Assembly: GCA_964620125.1 (NCBI GenBank)
Contig: CAZUGQ010000006.1
Span: 6,216 to 70,215 of the forward strand
Source: an uncultured Hyphomicrobiales bacterium
Lineage (GTDB): Bacteria; Bacteroidota; Ignavibacteria; Kapaibacteriales; Kapaibacteriaceae
Length of the DNA stretch: 64,000 nt
Reading direction: 5' to 3'
Below the pieces are notes generated by a model. The model saw only the letters and a list, made by a program, of their open reading frames with translations, was not told where the DNA came from and did no database searches. Made by a program: the position numbers and the translations under genes. Shown here piece by piece: positions 27,393-36,761 of this stretch (position 1 is its first letter; the number at the start of each line of letters is the position of its first letter).

Positions 27393-27661
27393 CCGTTTTC
27401 CTTTCCTGCTTTCCGCCGTTGGTCACGAGCCAGCAACCGCTGGGTGGACCGTAAAAATTGAATGAAGCCAACCACGCTTCCTACTCCAAGGCCAACAACT
27501 AATCCCCACGGAGTACTCCCGGAACGGTTGTCTATCAGCCAACCGATACCGCCCATCAGCAACACGGTGACCGCCAATTGCGATCCCAAAGCCATGTACG
27601 GTGCGAGTTGCCCCATCACCGTTGCTGACCGCTGGTCCTTGGGAGTTTTGGGTAGGGACAT
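27383..27661 (-). CDS. AtpZ/AtpI-family small membrane protein (putative F0F1-ATPase-associated)
   Basis: 92 aa with two TM segments and Gly-rich helices (MGQLAPYMALGSQLAVTVLLMGGIGWLID...GLVVGLGVGSVVGF). It is the first gene of the atp cluster. Confidence 0.5.
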   Translation of the reverse strand: MSLPKTPKDQRSATVMGQLAPYMALGSQLAVTVLLMGGIGWLIDNRSGSTPWGLVVGLGVGSVVGFIQFLRSTQRLLARDQRRKAGKENGWT

Positions 27662-27686
27662 TGCGGCGCTTGGTAAAAAACGCGGG

Positions 27687-27716
27687 CAAAATTAGGCAGA
27701 TGGGCTAAAAACCCAA
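27687..27716 (-). promoter_or_regulatory. Candidate Bacteroidetes-type sigmaA promoter for the atp operon: -33 TTG and -7 TAATTTTG (19-nt spacing), ending ~25 nt upstream of the atpZ ATG
   Basis: The minus-strand sequence ...TTGGGTTTTTAGCCCATCTGCCTAATTTTGCCCGCG... matches the TTG / TAnnTTTG consensus described for Bacteroidetes promoters. It spans the last codons of the upstream gene and the 43-nt gap. Confidence 0.4.
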
Positions 27717-29075
27717 TTCCCTAAGTGATGCCATCACGCCGTCGGTGAAAATATTGCGCGTTTCCCCATACCATCGGTCATTTGGTATGAAGCGTATACC
27801 ACCATAACTCGATGGATTCAAATCATTTAGGGGGCTGGTAGCAATGGTGGTGGTTTCCTCGGGCCGAAACTCGTTATCCACATCGTGCAGGACAACCGTG
27901 CAACCAAACTCTGTTGTGCCATCCTCGTCGAGTGGTGGTGCAGAAAAACCAAGCAGTACCAAGGGTATCCGAACCTTCACAACAAAGCCGTTCGAGCGTT
28001 GCGTTGTAACCACACGTACGGAGTTCAGAACGCTGCTCTGCTCCTGGTCGAACTCATCCGTTGTTTTCACCTTGATCGCTGGTGGAATGTCAGCAAAGTC
28101 GCCAATCTTTACGGCAAACGCATAGATGCCGCTATCTGCCTCTTCTCGTGCTACAACACCCGACCGGCCCACTCTTGTGATTGTTCTACTGTACTGCCCC
28201 TCGGCTGGCTCGTTTACTTCGAACCATAACTCCACCCTGTCGGCCGGACATGTATCACACCAGCCTGTAACCACAGTGCTGTCAACCACGGCAACTCGCA
28301 CATAAAGGTACTCTGCATCATAAACAAATCGTGCCGCGAACGAGGCATCCGAAGCCCCTTTCCACCAATAGGTACCGTTCAGCACATGGTCTATGGAATA
28401 GGCATGAACTTCTGGCTGAATTCCAGCACAGATCTGTCGAGTACGTTCATAACAGGGAATCGTAAGGAATGCATTGCTGTAGATCTCCTCTCCTTCGGCA
28501 TTCTCGAACTTCTCCCGTGTTGCTAATGTGTGGTAGTTGCGGTACTCTTCGTGAGGGAGCATTGCCACCTTGTTCGTGGTGAATTCGTCAACGAGAACAA
28601 CGCTGCCCTGCAGAAAGCGATATCCTTTCATCCCCCAATCATCGTTTTTACGCTTGCGTGCTATGTAGCATGTGGTATCCTTGATAACTACACCAACTTC
28701 CAGCGGCAACTCAACAAAGCTTACTGGAAATGTTGCCACATTCACGAGGTAGCCATCGATATCACCGAATAGATAAACGTGGCACTCCTTCTTTCGAACA
28801 CCAGCAATGTAGATGCTAAAGGCAACATCATTGTAGCCGTCACCGGTAAAGTCACCAACATCCCAGCCCCAAATGCGGTACTGGGCACCGCGCGGCATCA
28901 CCTTTTCGAGATCTCCAATGAGCTCTTTGTCAAAGTAGGTAACGAGTTTCGCAGAGAGTTCCTCGAATGCCATGCCGGTCTGTGCGGTGCCGTTTGCACT
29001 CAACACCAACAAGCCAATGGCACACAAACCCACTCGAAATAAACATGTAAGGGGCTTTGGGTTTCGATACCTCAT
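27705..29075 (-). CDS. Secreted hypothetical protein (456 aa) with an FG-GAP-like N-terminal segment and a possible CBM9/DOMON-like beta-sandwich C-terminal region
   Basis: Signal peptide (LFRVGLCAIGLLVLSANGTAQ), the motif GWDVGDFTGDGYNDVAF, and a start overlapping the kinase stop (ATGA). Confidence 0.45.
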   Translation of the reverse strand: MRYRNPKPLTCLFRVGLCAIGLLVLSANGTAQTGMAFEELSAKLVTYFDKELIGDLEKVMPRGAQYRIWGWDVGDFTGDGYNDVAFSIYIAGVRKKECHVYLFGDIDGYLVNVATFPVSFVELPLEVGVVIKDTTCYIARKRKNDDWGMKGYRFLQGSVVLVDEFTTNKVAMLPHEEYRNYHTLATREKFENAEGEEIYSNAFLTIPCYERTRQICAGIQPEVHAYSIDHVLNGTYWWKGASDASFAARFVYDAEYLYVRVAVVDSTVVTGWCDTCPADRVELWFEVNEPAEGQYSRTITRVGRSGVVAREEADSGIYAFAVKIGDFADIPPAIKVKTTDEFDQEQSSVLNSVRVVTTQRSNGFVVKVRIPLVLLGFSAPPLDEDGTTEFGCTVVLHDVDNEFRPEETTTIATSPLNDLNPSSYGGIRFIPNDRWYGETRNIFTDGVMASLRELGF

Positions 29076-30076
29076 GATTCAATGGTAGGCGATGTGTGAA
29101 GAATTGCATCGCGCACTTCAATGTGGTTTACCTTGAGTCTAGCACCGTACTGTGCAACAACACGAGCACTGCAATACGATGCCAGGCGCCCGGCATGTTC
29201 CGGGTGATGACCATGCAACACTCCATACAAGAAGGCACCAGCATACATGTCTCCAGCACCGGTGGTGTCTACAGTGTCAACTGCATACGCAGGTATGGTT
29301 GCTTCGCGACCGAACCACGACACCATGGAACCATGTTCACCGAGTGTTACTGCCACGTTTCCATACGTGCTGCGAAGCGAACGGTAGGCATCGCGAACAT
29401 TGGACTCCTGAGCTAAAGCCATGGCTTCGTGCTCATTGCAGAAAACCATGTCTGCATGTTTGAGAATGGTCTTTAAACGGTCGCCAAAAACATCAACAAC
29501 AAATCCATCAGAACAGCTTACGGCAACACGTGCGTTGTTCTTGCGTGCAACAAAGGCAGCGTACTCAAGTGCGTCTGCACCAGTCTCCTCGGTAAGCTTG
29601 TATCCTTCAAGCAACAACCACTCACTGTTCTTTACGATAGCCTCGTCAACATCTCTTCTTCCAAAGGTTACGTTGGCTGCTAGGGTTGTGTTTAGCGTCC
29701 GTTCTCCGTCGGGCGTGATCAGCACGATGCATGTTCCGGTGTCAAGACCCGAACGCTCGTCCGCATGGAGTATAATGCCAAGGTTCCGGAACTCGTCTGC
29801 ATAAAACCTGCCAATCTTGTCGGATCCAAGAACCGAGATAAAGCCAGCACTGCCCCCAAACTGTGCAAAGGCCATGATGCTGTTGCCTGCCGAGCCACCG
29901 GAGCTGCGATGTGATTCTCGATCGCCAAGCGCATCAAGAATCTCAGCCTGCCGGGAAGGCTCGGTAAGAGTCATGGCTCCCTTCTTGATGCCGAAGCGAG
30001 CAAGTTCTTCTTCTGTAACACTGAACTCAGCATCAACCAGGGCATTGCCGATGCCAGTAAGGAGAACCTTGCTCAT
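29072..30076 (-). CDS. PfkB-family carbohydrate/nucleoside kinase (adenosine kinase-like). The start at MSKVLL overlaps the ddl stop (ATGA).
   Basis: Motifs GGSAGNS and DTTGAGDMYAGAFLYG (PfkB signature 2). The upstream in-frame extension to 30205 would overlap ddl and is rejected. Confidence 0.75.
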   Translation of the reverse strand: MSKVLLTGIGNALVDAEFSVTEEELARFGIKKGAMTLTEPSRQAEILDALGDRESHRSSGGSAGNSIMAFAQFGGSAGFISVLGSDKIGRFYADEFRNLGIILHADERSGLDTGTCIVLITPDGERTLNTTLAANVTFGRRDVDEAIVKNSEWLLLEGYKLTEETGADALEYAAFVARKNNARVAVSCSDGFVVDVFGDRLKTILKHADMVFCNEHEAMALAQESNVRDAYRSLRSTYGNVAVTLGEHGSMVSWFGREATIPAYAVDTVDTTGAGDMYAGAFLYGVLHGHHPEHAGRLASYCSARVVAQYGARLKVNHIEVRDAILHTSPTIES

Positions 30077-31089
30077 TCCGCACTCTCCAAACTCAGCGTG
30101 ATAAGTTCTTCGCACAGTGCGCCAAATTCGATGCCGGCTTCTCGTGCAGCCATGGGTACCAGACTCAACTCTGTAAATCCTGGTGATGTGTTTACTTCCA
30201 AGCAAACGGGAACGGAGTCGTCATTGAGCCTAAAATCAACGCGGCTTATCGCACGGCAACCGATTACGGTATGCGCCGCAACCGCCAGACTCATCACGTA
30301 GTCGCGAACATCCTCTGTAAGATCTGCCGGACAGTGATACTCCGTTTGCCCCTTGGTGTACTTGTGCTCGTAGTCATAGAATCCCTCATTGGGTATGATT
30401 TCGATCACAGGCAATGCCTCGTTACCTAATACGGCAACAGTAAGCTCACGCCCTGCAATGTATCGTTCGATGAGAATTGTGTTGGAGTACTCACCTGCTG
30501 TGTGAATGGCTTCGGCTATGTCGTCAGCAACACCGCTATGAACAATGGTCATCCCAACGGTTGACCCCTGATCATTGGGTTTGACAACTATCGAGCCGGG
30601 TAGCTCTCGGCGTATCTCGTCAAGCACATCAATGTTACTAGCCTGATGTGGTTTAACGGTAACCCAGTGTGGTGTTGGTACACCAGCAACCTGCAACATC
30701 AACTTGGCGGCAGCCTTATCCATGGCAAGAGCACTTGCCAGCATCCCACTCCCGGTGTAAGGAATGCCATAGAGGTCCAGTATGGCTTGCACGTATCCAT
30801 CTTCTCCGTACTTGCCATGGAGCACGTTGAACACAACATCAGCTTCACGTACCTCCGGCACATGAGGAAGTTGTGCAATCAAGGTGTGGTCCAGCCCCCT
30901 GAGAAAATCATTCGATACCGATGCAGCCGTTGCACGTGCAAGCTCGGCGTCGGATACGACGCCGGCTACGGGATCAACAGGAGTAACCGTATGACCACGC
31001 TCGCGAAGAGCCTTCGTAACTGCACGGCCACTGAGTAGCGAGATGTTGCGTTCGGGGCTCATGCCACCAAGGAGGACTGCAATCTTCAT
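30073..31089 (-). CDS. ddl: D-alanine--D-alanine ligase
   Basis: MKIAVLLGGMSPERNISLLSGRAV..., ...FNVLHGKYGEDG... and an ATP-grasp C-terminal half. Confidence 0.9.
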   Translation of the reverse strand: MKIAVLLGGMSPERNISLLSGRAVTKALRERGHTVTPVDPVAGVVSDAELARATAASVSNDFLRGLDHTLIAQLPHVPEVREADVVFNVLHGKYGEDGYVQAILDLYGIPYTGSGMLASALAMDKAAAKLMLQVAGVPTPHWVTVKPHQASNIDVLDEIRRELPGSIVVKPNDQGSTVGMTIVHSGVADDIAEAIHTAGEYSNTILIERYIAGRELTVAVLGNEALPVIEIIPNEGFYDYEHKYTKGQTEYHCPADLTEDVRDYVMSLAVAAHTVIGCRAISRVDFRLNDDSVPVCLEVNTSPGFTELSLVPMAAREAGIEFGALCEELITLSLESAE

Positions 31090-31817
31090 GCTAGGTGCTT
31101 ATCAATGAGTGAGCGGAGAAACTTCACGTCCTCCCATGTGTCGCGTTTCCACGTTGGATTGCGGAGCAACGCTGCAGGATGGTACGTCACGATAGTTGCG
31201 ATGCCTTGGTAGTCATGGATCTTACCGCGCAGGTTGCCCATGCTTTCCTTGTTCTTGAGCAGGGTGTTTGCAGCTGTTAGCCCAAGTGCAAGAATGAACT
31301 TCGGTCGAACAAGTTCTATCTGCTTCCATAGGTATGGTTCGCAGGAATCTGTTTCGATTGCCGTTGGACGTCGGTTGTTCGGCGGTCTGCATTTAAGGAT
31401 GTTGCAGATAAACACATCGTCGCGCTTCAGGTCGATGCTCTCAAGAATCTTAGTAAGAAGCTGGCCGGCACGTCCAACAAAGGGTAATCCCTGTTCATCT
31501 TCGTCAGCGCCTGGCGCTTCGCCAATCACCATCACCGAAGCATTGGGGTTACCGCTGCCGAACACAAAGTTCTTTCGTGTTGCACCCAACGCACAATCCA
31601 TGCAGTTGCAGATGGCACGCTTGAGAGCATCCAGCGATGATGCATCGTGCCATGCTTCGTTGGTAGGGGGCTTGGGTTCCGCAACGGGGGCATCAATCCT
31701 GTCAACAAGTCTTGGATTGGAGGGTGATCCACCCATGACCCACGTAGTGCTGCCGTGAACATCTTTTACCTGCCTGAGGTAGGCAATCACATCGTCAAGT
31801 GTTTTCATCCAGCACAA
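31086..31817 (-). CDS. Uracil-DNA glycosylase, family 4 (Fe-S cluster type)
   Basis: Motifs C.C..C.L, GEAPGADEDEQGLPFVGRAGQLL and HPAALLR. It overlaps ddl by 4 nt. Confidence 0.85.
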   Translation of the reverse strand: MCWMKTLDDVIAYLRQVKDVHGSTTWVMGGSPSNPRLVDRIDAPVAEPKPPTNEAWHDASSLDALKRAICNCMDCALGATRKNFVFGSGNPNASVMVIGEAPGADEDEQGLPFVGRAGQLLTKILESIDLKRDDVFICNILKCRPPNNRRPTAIETDSCEPYLWKQIELVRPKFILALGLTAANTLLKNKESMGNLRGKIHDYQGIATIVTYHPAALLRNPTWKRDTWEDVKFLRSLIDKHLA

Positions 31818-32403
31818 ACTTCGTGGTCAGCACGGTACCAATCTCCCATGCGGCAGGCCAGATGGAACTATTGCTTTCGAACGTAATCACATAAAGCCGG
31901 TCGGTGCGTTCGTTGGCAACAATCAGCTGATGCACACGAACCGGGTCGGCAGCAGGTGCCGAGGTATCAGCAACAAGGATCTGTTTTTCGTACTGCAATC
32001 CGTACATCACGAAGACACCCTGGGGATTTTCCCACTCAGTGATAACACGAATGGTGGAATCCATCTTGATTGCTTCGTGCATCGCGCGCGCATACTGCTT
32101 TACCCACAGGTTTGATGCCTTGGAAATGTTTGGCACCGTATTCACGGATAGACCTGTACGAAAGCCCCCTTCAACATCGATGTTCTGCAGCGTTATGAAG
32201 TAGGCATCGGAACCGTCAGCGCCAACATGCTTGAAGTGCCAACCGAATGGCATGAGGAATTTGGCCTTTATTTCCTGGAATTCCTGCCACTGGAAACCGG
32301 CTGGAGCAATAAGTGCGGTGGCGGTGTCTTGGGCTCCACAGGGAAGCACCAGGAACACCGCCAGCAACAGTGACGTGATTCGAACATTCATCAGGGGCAT
32401 CAC
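31795..32403 (-). CDS. Secreted hypothetical protein (202 aa). Its start overlaps the clpC stop (ATGA).
   Basis: Signal peptide (ITSLLLAVFLVLPCGAQ). No recognisable family. Confidence 0.5.
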   Translation of the reverse strand: MMPLMNVRITSLLLAVFLVLPCGAQDTATALIAPAGFQWQEFQEIKAKFLMPFGWHFKHVGADGSDAYFITLQNIDVEGGFRTGLSVNTVPNISKASNLWVKQYARAMHEAIKMDSTIRVITEWENPQGVFVMYGLQYEKQILVADTSAPAADPVRVHQLIVANERTDRLYVITFESNSSIWPAAWEIGTVLTTKFVLDENT

Positions 32404-34907
32404 TCTTCGTGTGTTTCCGCTTCCTCCGGTTCTTCTTCGCTGTCGGGCTTGGGTTTACCGAGAACAAAGGTCACGGTATTTGCTTTCTTATCCAGCTTAC
32501 CCTTTACTACACTTCCCTCTGTGTAGGTGCCCTTGAGCATTTCTTCGGCAAGGGGATCCTCCACATATCTCTGCAAGGTTCTGCGCAGTGGCCGAGCACC
32601 GTACTTCTCATCAAAGCCTTGTTCCGCCAGGAATTCCTTCACGGTTTTGGAGAGTTCGAGTGTGATACCTCGCTGACCTAACCGCTTGTACAAGTCCTCT
32701 AATTGCAGGTCGATGATCTGCACCATGTGCTCCTTGCGGAGAGGCCGGAAGATCACATACTCGTCAATACGATTCAGGAATTCTGGATTGAAGAGGCGCT
32801 TCATCGTCTCTTCGATCGTGGACTTCACATTATCGTAGGCGTCGGCAACTTCATCCGTGGAGAAACCGATACGTCCACCAGCTTTCACGTCGCGCATACC
32901 AACGTTGCTCGTCATGATGATGATGGTGTTCTTGAAGTCCACGCGCCTGCCAAGCCCATCGGTAAGCTGTCCGTCGTCAAACACCTGTAGCAAGATGTTG
33001 AACACATCGGGGTGCGCTTTTTCGATTTCGTCGAGCAACACGATGCTGTAGGGTTTGCGACGGACTTTTTCCGTGAGTTGACCACCTTCTTCATACCCCA
33101 CATATCCTGGAGGGGCGCCTACGAGACGAGACACGGTAAACTTCTCCATGTACTCACTCATATCGATGCGAATGAGAGCATCCTCGGAATCGAACATGTA
33201 ACGCGCTAGAGCCTTTGCCAGTTCGGTTTTACCGACGCCGGTAGGACCAAGGAACATGAACGAGCCAATCGGGCGGGTAGGATCCTTGAGGCCTGCTCTT
33301 GCCCTACGAATGGCTTTCGCAAGATGATCTACGGCTTCTTCCTGGCCTATCACACGACTCTTGAGCACGTCAGCCATCTTGAGCAGCTTGTTGCTTTCGC
33401 TTTCAGCAATACGGTTCACGGGGATGCCCGTCATCATGGCTATCACGTCGGCAATGTCGTCCTCGGCCACATCGTGCACCATCTCATTACCAGACTGCTC
33501 CCAATTCTCTTTGGCTTGTTCGAGCTCTGCCTGATATCGTTTTTCCAAGTCGCGAAGGCGTGCTGCTTCCTCGAAGTTTTGTGATTTAACCACCAGGTTC
33601 TTTTCCTGGCGAACCTCTTCGATCTTTTCTTCGAGTTCCAGAACCTCCTTAGGCACGGTGATGTGAGACAGGTGCACACGAGCACCAGCTTCGTCCATTA
33701 CGTCCAGCGCCTTGTCGGGAAGGAATCTGTCGGTGATGTACCTATCGGCCATGAACACGCAGGCTCGAACGGATGCATCGTCGTATCGTACGCCATGGTG
33801 TTTTTCGTATCGGTCGCGTACGTTCATCAGGATCTGCACCGTTTCCTCGGGGGTTGGAGGATCGACGAGGATCTTCTGGAATCGGCGATCAAGTGCTCCA
33901 TCCTTTTCTATGAACTGTCGGTACTCATCCAACGTGGTGGCACCGATGCATTGGATATCACCTCTGGCTAGAGCGGGCTTGAACATGTTGGATGCATCCA
34001 GCGATCCTGATGCCCCACCGGCCCCAACGATCGTGTGGAGCTCGTCAATAAACAGGATTACATCCTTGGCCTTCTCCAATTCATTCATTACCGCCTTCAT
34101 GCGCTCTTCGAACTGACCTCGATACTTGGTCCCCGCAACGAGAGCAGCCAGGTCAAGCGTAACGATTCGTTTGTCGAACAGCACGCGCGACACCTTACGG
34201 TCAACGATTCGAATTGCCAACCCTTCTACGATAGCCGTCTTCCCAACACCTGGTTCACCAATAAGCACGGGGTTGTTCTTTTTCCGCCTACTCAGCACCT
34301 GGGCTACGCGTTCGATTTCCTTTTCGCGTCCAATCACGGGATCGAGCTTACCTTCCACAGCGAGCTTAGTGAGGTCACGGCCAAAGTTGTCGAGCACAGG
34401 TGTTTTCACTCGTTCTGGTGCAGCCTTGGTTCTACCACTTCGTTCGGGCTTGGGAGTTCCGGCACTTGGCTTGCCACTCAGGTAGGCATCGAGTTCCTTC
34501 CGGACGGCATCGTAATTCACTGCGAACTGCGACAGGATTTGCGCGGCAATGTTGTCCTCATCACGCAGCAGCGAGAGAAGCAAGTGCTCTGTGCCAATCA
34601 CGTCACTTTTATAGAGCTTGGCTTCGAGATAGGTGATCTTGAGCACCTTCTCTGCCTGTTTTGTAAGTGGGATGTTGCCAATCGTGAGAGGGCCGCTCAT
34701 GGAACGGACCGTGTCTTCGATCGCCCGCTTGAGTTTTCCGAGATCTACGCCAAGGTTGCGTAGGATCTTCACGCCGATGCCTTCACCCTCGCGGATGATT
34801 CCAAGCAGGAGGTGCTCCGTTCCAATGTAGTCGTGACCGAGCCGTAGAGCCTCCTCCCGGCTCAGTCGGATCACGTCCTGTACTCTATTCGAAAAATTGC
34901 CTTCCAT
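32400..34907 (-). CDS. clpC: ATP-dependent Clp protease ATP-binding subunit ClpC (class III stress-type AAA+ chaperone)
   Basis: Two Clp_N repeats, NBD1 Walker A GEPGVGKT, a UVR-like linker, NBD2 [15 protein letters not shown], and a C-terminal D2-small domain. Confidence 0.9.
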   Translation of the reverse strand: MEGNFSNRVQDVIRLSREEALRLGHDYIGTEHLLLGIIREGEGIGVKILRNLGVDLGKLKRAIEDTVRSMSGPLTIGNIPLTKQAEKVLKITYLEAKLYKSDVIGTEHLLLSLLRDEDNIAAQILSQFAVNYDAVRKELDAYLSGKPSAGTPKPERSGRTKAAPERVKTPVLDNFGRDLTKLAVEGKLDPVIGREKEIERVAQVLSRRKKNNPVLIGEPGVGKTAIVEGLAIRIVDRKVSRVLFDKRIVTLDLAALVAGTKYRGQFEERMKAVMNELEKAKDVILFIDELHTIVGAGGASGSLDASNMFKPALARGDIQCIGATTLDEYRQFIEKDGALDRRFQKILVDPPTPEETVQILMNVRDRYEKHHGVRYDDASVRACVFMADRYITDRFLPDKALDVMDEAGARVHLSHITVPKEVLELEEKIEEVRQEKNLVVKSQNFEEAARLRDLEKRYQAELEQAKENWEQSGNEMVHDVAEDDIADVIAMMTGIPVNRIAESESNKLLKMADVLKSRVIGQEEAVDHLAKAIRRARAGLKDPTRPIGSFMFLGPTGVGKTELAKALARYMFDSEDALIRIDMSEYMEKFTVSRLVGAPPGYVGYEEGGQLTEKVRRKPYSIVLLDEIEKAHPDVFNILLQVFDDGQLTDGLGRRVDFKNTIIIMTSNVGMRDVKAGGRIGFSTDEVADAYDNVKSTIEETMKRLFNPEFLNRIDEYVIFRPLRKEHMVQIIDLQLEDLYKRLGQRGITLELSKTVKEFLAEQGFDEKYGARPLRRTLQRYVEDPLAEEMLKGTYTEGSVVKGKLDKKANTVTFVLGKPKPDSEEEPEEAETHEE

Positions 34908-35048
34908 TGCGGTGCCTTCGGGGAGGAGTGAGTGTACATCTACTACGACGTACGGGTGTGGCTTCTGTTACTTTTCTGCAACGCTTGCACAACACCGTGA
35001 ATATAGTGGCAGTTTGACGGCTGCCTATCCCGAAGATTTCAACATCGC

Positions 35049-35966
35049 CTAATCGTACAATCTCTTCACCTTGCCGATGCGGGCTACAAGGGTGGGATGA
35101 GAAGTGTGCGCAGGCTTCGGTGCTGTCGGCACTGAGGTCGTGGTTTTCTTTCCCTTCTTACCCGTTTGTGGTGGCGCAACAGGCGGAGGTACGTAAACGG
35201 CGTTTCCCGGCAACGTGCCGGTTACAACAGCCAGGCGCAGATCGCCATTCTTTACGTCTTTCATGTATTGTTTTACCGCTTCCTTGCGCTGAGACACTAG
35301 CTGAATGTTGGGATCGGTAGGTGATGCTGGTGGCACCGGCGCAATGGGAGGATCGGGCTTCTGCGTTTTCTTCTTGTACTTTTTTTCCCACGCCTTGAAG
35401 TCCTTGTCCCACTTAAGAGAGTCCTTTTTGTACTGTTCCTGCGTCTGATGTATAAGCACTGCCAGCTGATCTTCATCGGGCAGAACGGTGATCTCTACGT
35501 TCATTTGCTGGTTTGAGTTCATTGTTGCCATCAGCTCATCCAGCGCCTTTCGACCGGCTGCATTCAATGTAGCTGCATTCAATTCAAAGCCTCTTGCCTC
35601 TGCAACAACAGTTCCCTCTTCGAGGGCTCGTAGAGAAAAATCTCGTTTGATCTCCTGGAACTTCTCGCTAAATGGCACATTCACCACGATTTCCTTGCGA
35701 TACACATTGTACCCGGCCATGACAAAGGAATGCGGGCCAGCTTCGTTGACCACAACGAGGTAACTACCGTCCTTACTGTCTGACTTGATACTGGTCTTTT
35801 TGGTCGGACCGATCACGGTAATTGCGCAGCCAATTGGTTTGTTGGATACGCTATCAATCACCCGACCTTCAATGCGAGTTGTGGCTGCCTTCTGCGCCGT
35901 AACCGCGGGATGAGAAACTGCCGTGACGATAGTACAGATGACTGTATATACAAGTAGTCGAAGCAT
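35049..35966 (-). CDS. Secreted hypothetical protein with an N-terminal carboxypeptidase-regulatory-like domain and a Lys/Pro-rich C-terminal region
   Basis: Signal peptide, RIEGRVIDSVSNKPIGCAITVIG (CarboxypepD_reg-like) and a KK/PP-rich low-complexity tail. Confidence 0.45.
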   Translation of the reverse strand: MLRLLVYTVICTIVTAVSHPAVTAQKAATTRIEGRVIDSVSNKPIGCAITVIGPTKKTSIKSDSKDGSYLVVVNEAGPHSFVMAGYNVYRKEIVVNVPFSEKFQEIKRDFSLRALEEGTVVAEARGFELNAATLNAAGRKALDELMATMNSNQQMNVEITVLPDEDQLAVLIHQTQEQYKKDSLKWDKDFKAWEKKYKKKTQKPDPPIAPVPPASPTDPNIQLVSQRKEAVKQYMKDVKNGDLRLAVVTGTLPGNAVYVPPPVAPPQTGKKGKKTTTSVPTAPKPAHTSHPTLVARIGKVKRLYD

Positions 35967-35969
35967 GTG

Positions 35970-36737
35970 TTAATGTTGTTGTTGAGATAAGAACTGTGCA
36001 ATGCCTTCGCGGCAGTCGTCCGTTTGCCGTGCCAATGCATTCATAGCAGCGGCATAGTGAAGACCAGCATCGAGACTCATACCGTGTAAGGCTGTCAGCA
36101 TTGACTTACTGAGTGCAAGAGCACTCCTGCTATTGGCTGCTAGCCGACGTGCGATGCTCATTGTGCGTGTTTCCAGATCTTCATCTGGAACAACGGTTGT
36201 GATGAGTCCAATGCGCGCTGCTTCGTCTGCTCCGATGATTTCCGCACCAAGCACCAGACGCCTGGCCTGCATATCACCCACCTTGCGGATAAGAAATACC
36301 ATCACGATAGCAGGAATAAACCCGATGCCAACTTCACTGTACCCAAACCGAGCGCGATCTGAGCCGGCAACAACAACATCGCATACGGTTGCGAGACCAC
36401 AGCCCCCTGCAATCGCGGGACCATGCACCATGGCTACCACGGGTTTCGGACATTCGTACAGGGCTTTGAGAAGCTCCATAAGCCGCATACTGTCGGCCAG
36501 ATTATCCAAGGCACTGTTATCTGCAATCTGCTGCAGGTAGGCAAGATCTGCTCCGGCACAGAAGGCTGGACCTTCACCGCGAAGTACGATTACACGAATG
36601 GAGTCATCGGCCGCAAGGTGATTCACAGCGTTGTGTAGGGCTGCCACCAATTCGGGATTCAAAGCATTGCGCTTCTCCGGTCTGTTCAAAGCGATAATGC
36701 CGATAGCATCCTGCTGCGTAATGTTCACCACTGCCAT
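35970..36737 (-). CDS. Enoyl-CoA hydratase/isomerase (crotonase) family protein
   Basis: ALNRPEKRNALN, FCAGADL and GPAIAGGCGLA motifs of the crotonase fold. Confidence 0.85.
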   Translation of the reverse strand: MAVVNITQQDAIGIIALNRPEKRNALNPELVAALHNAVNHLAADDSIRVIVLRGEGPAFCAGADLAYLQQIADNSALDNLADSMRLMELLKALYECPKPVVAMVHGPAIAGGCGLATVCDVVVAGSDRARFGYSEVGIGFIPAIVMVFLIRKVGDMQARRLVLGAEIIGADEAARIGLITTVVPDEDLETRTMSIARRLAANSRSALALSKSMLTALHGMSLDAGLHYAAAMNALARQTDDCREGIAQFLSQQQH

Positions 36738-36761
36738 GGCGACAAAACTAGAACGAACCGA

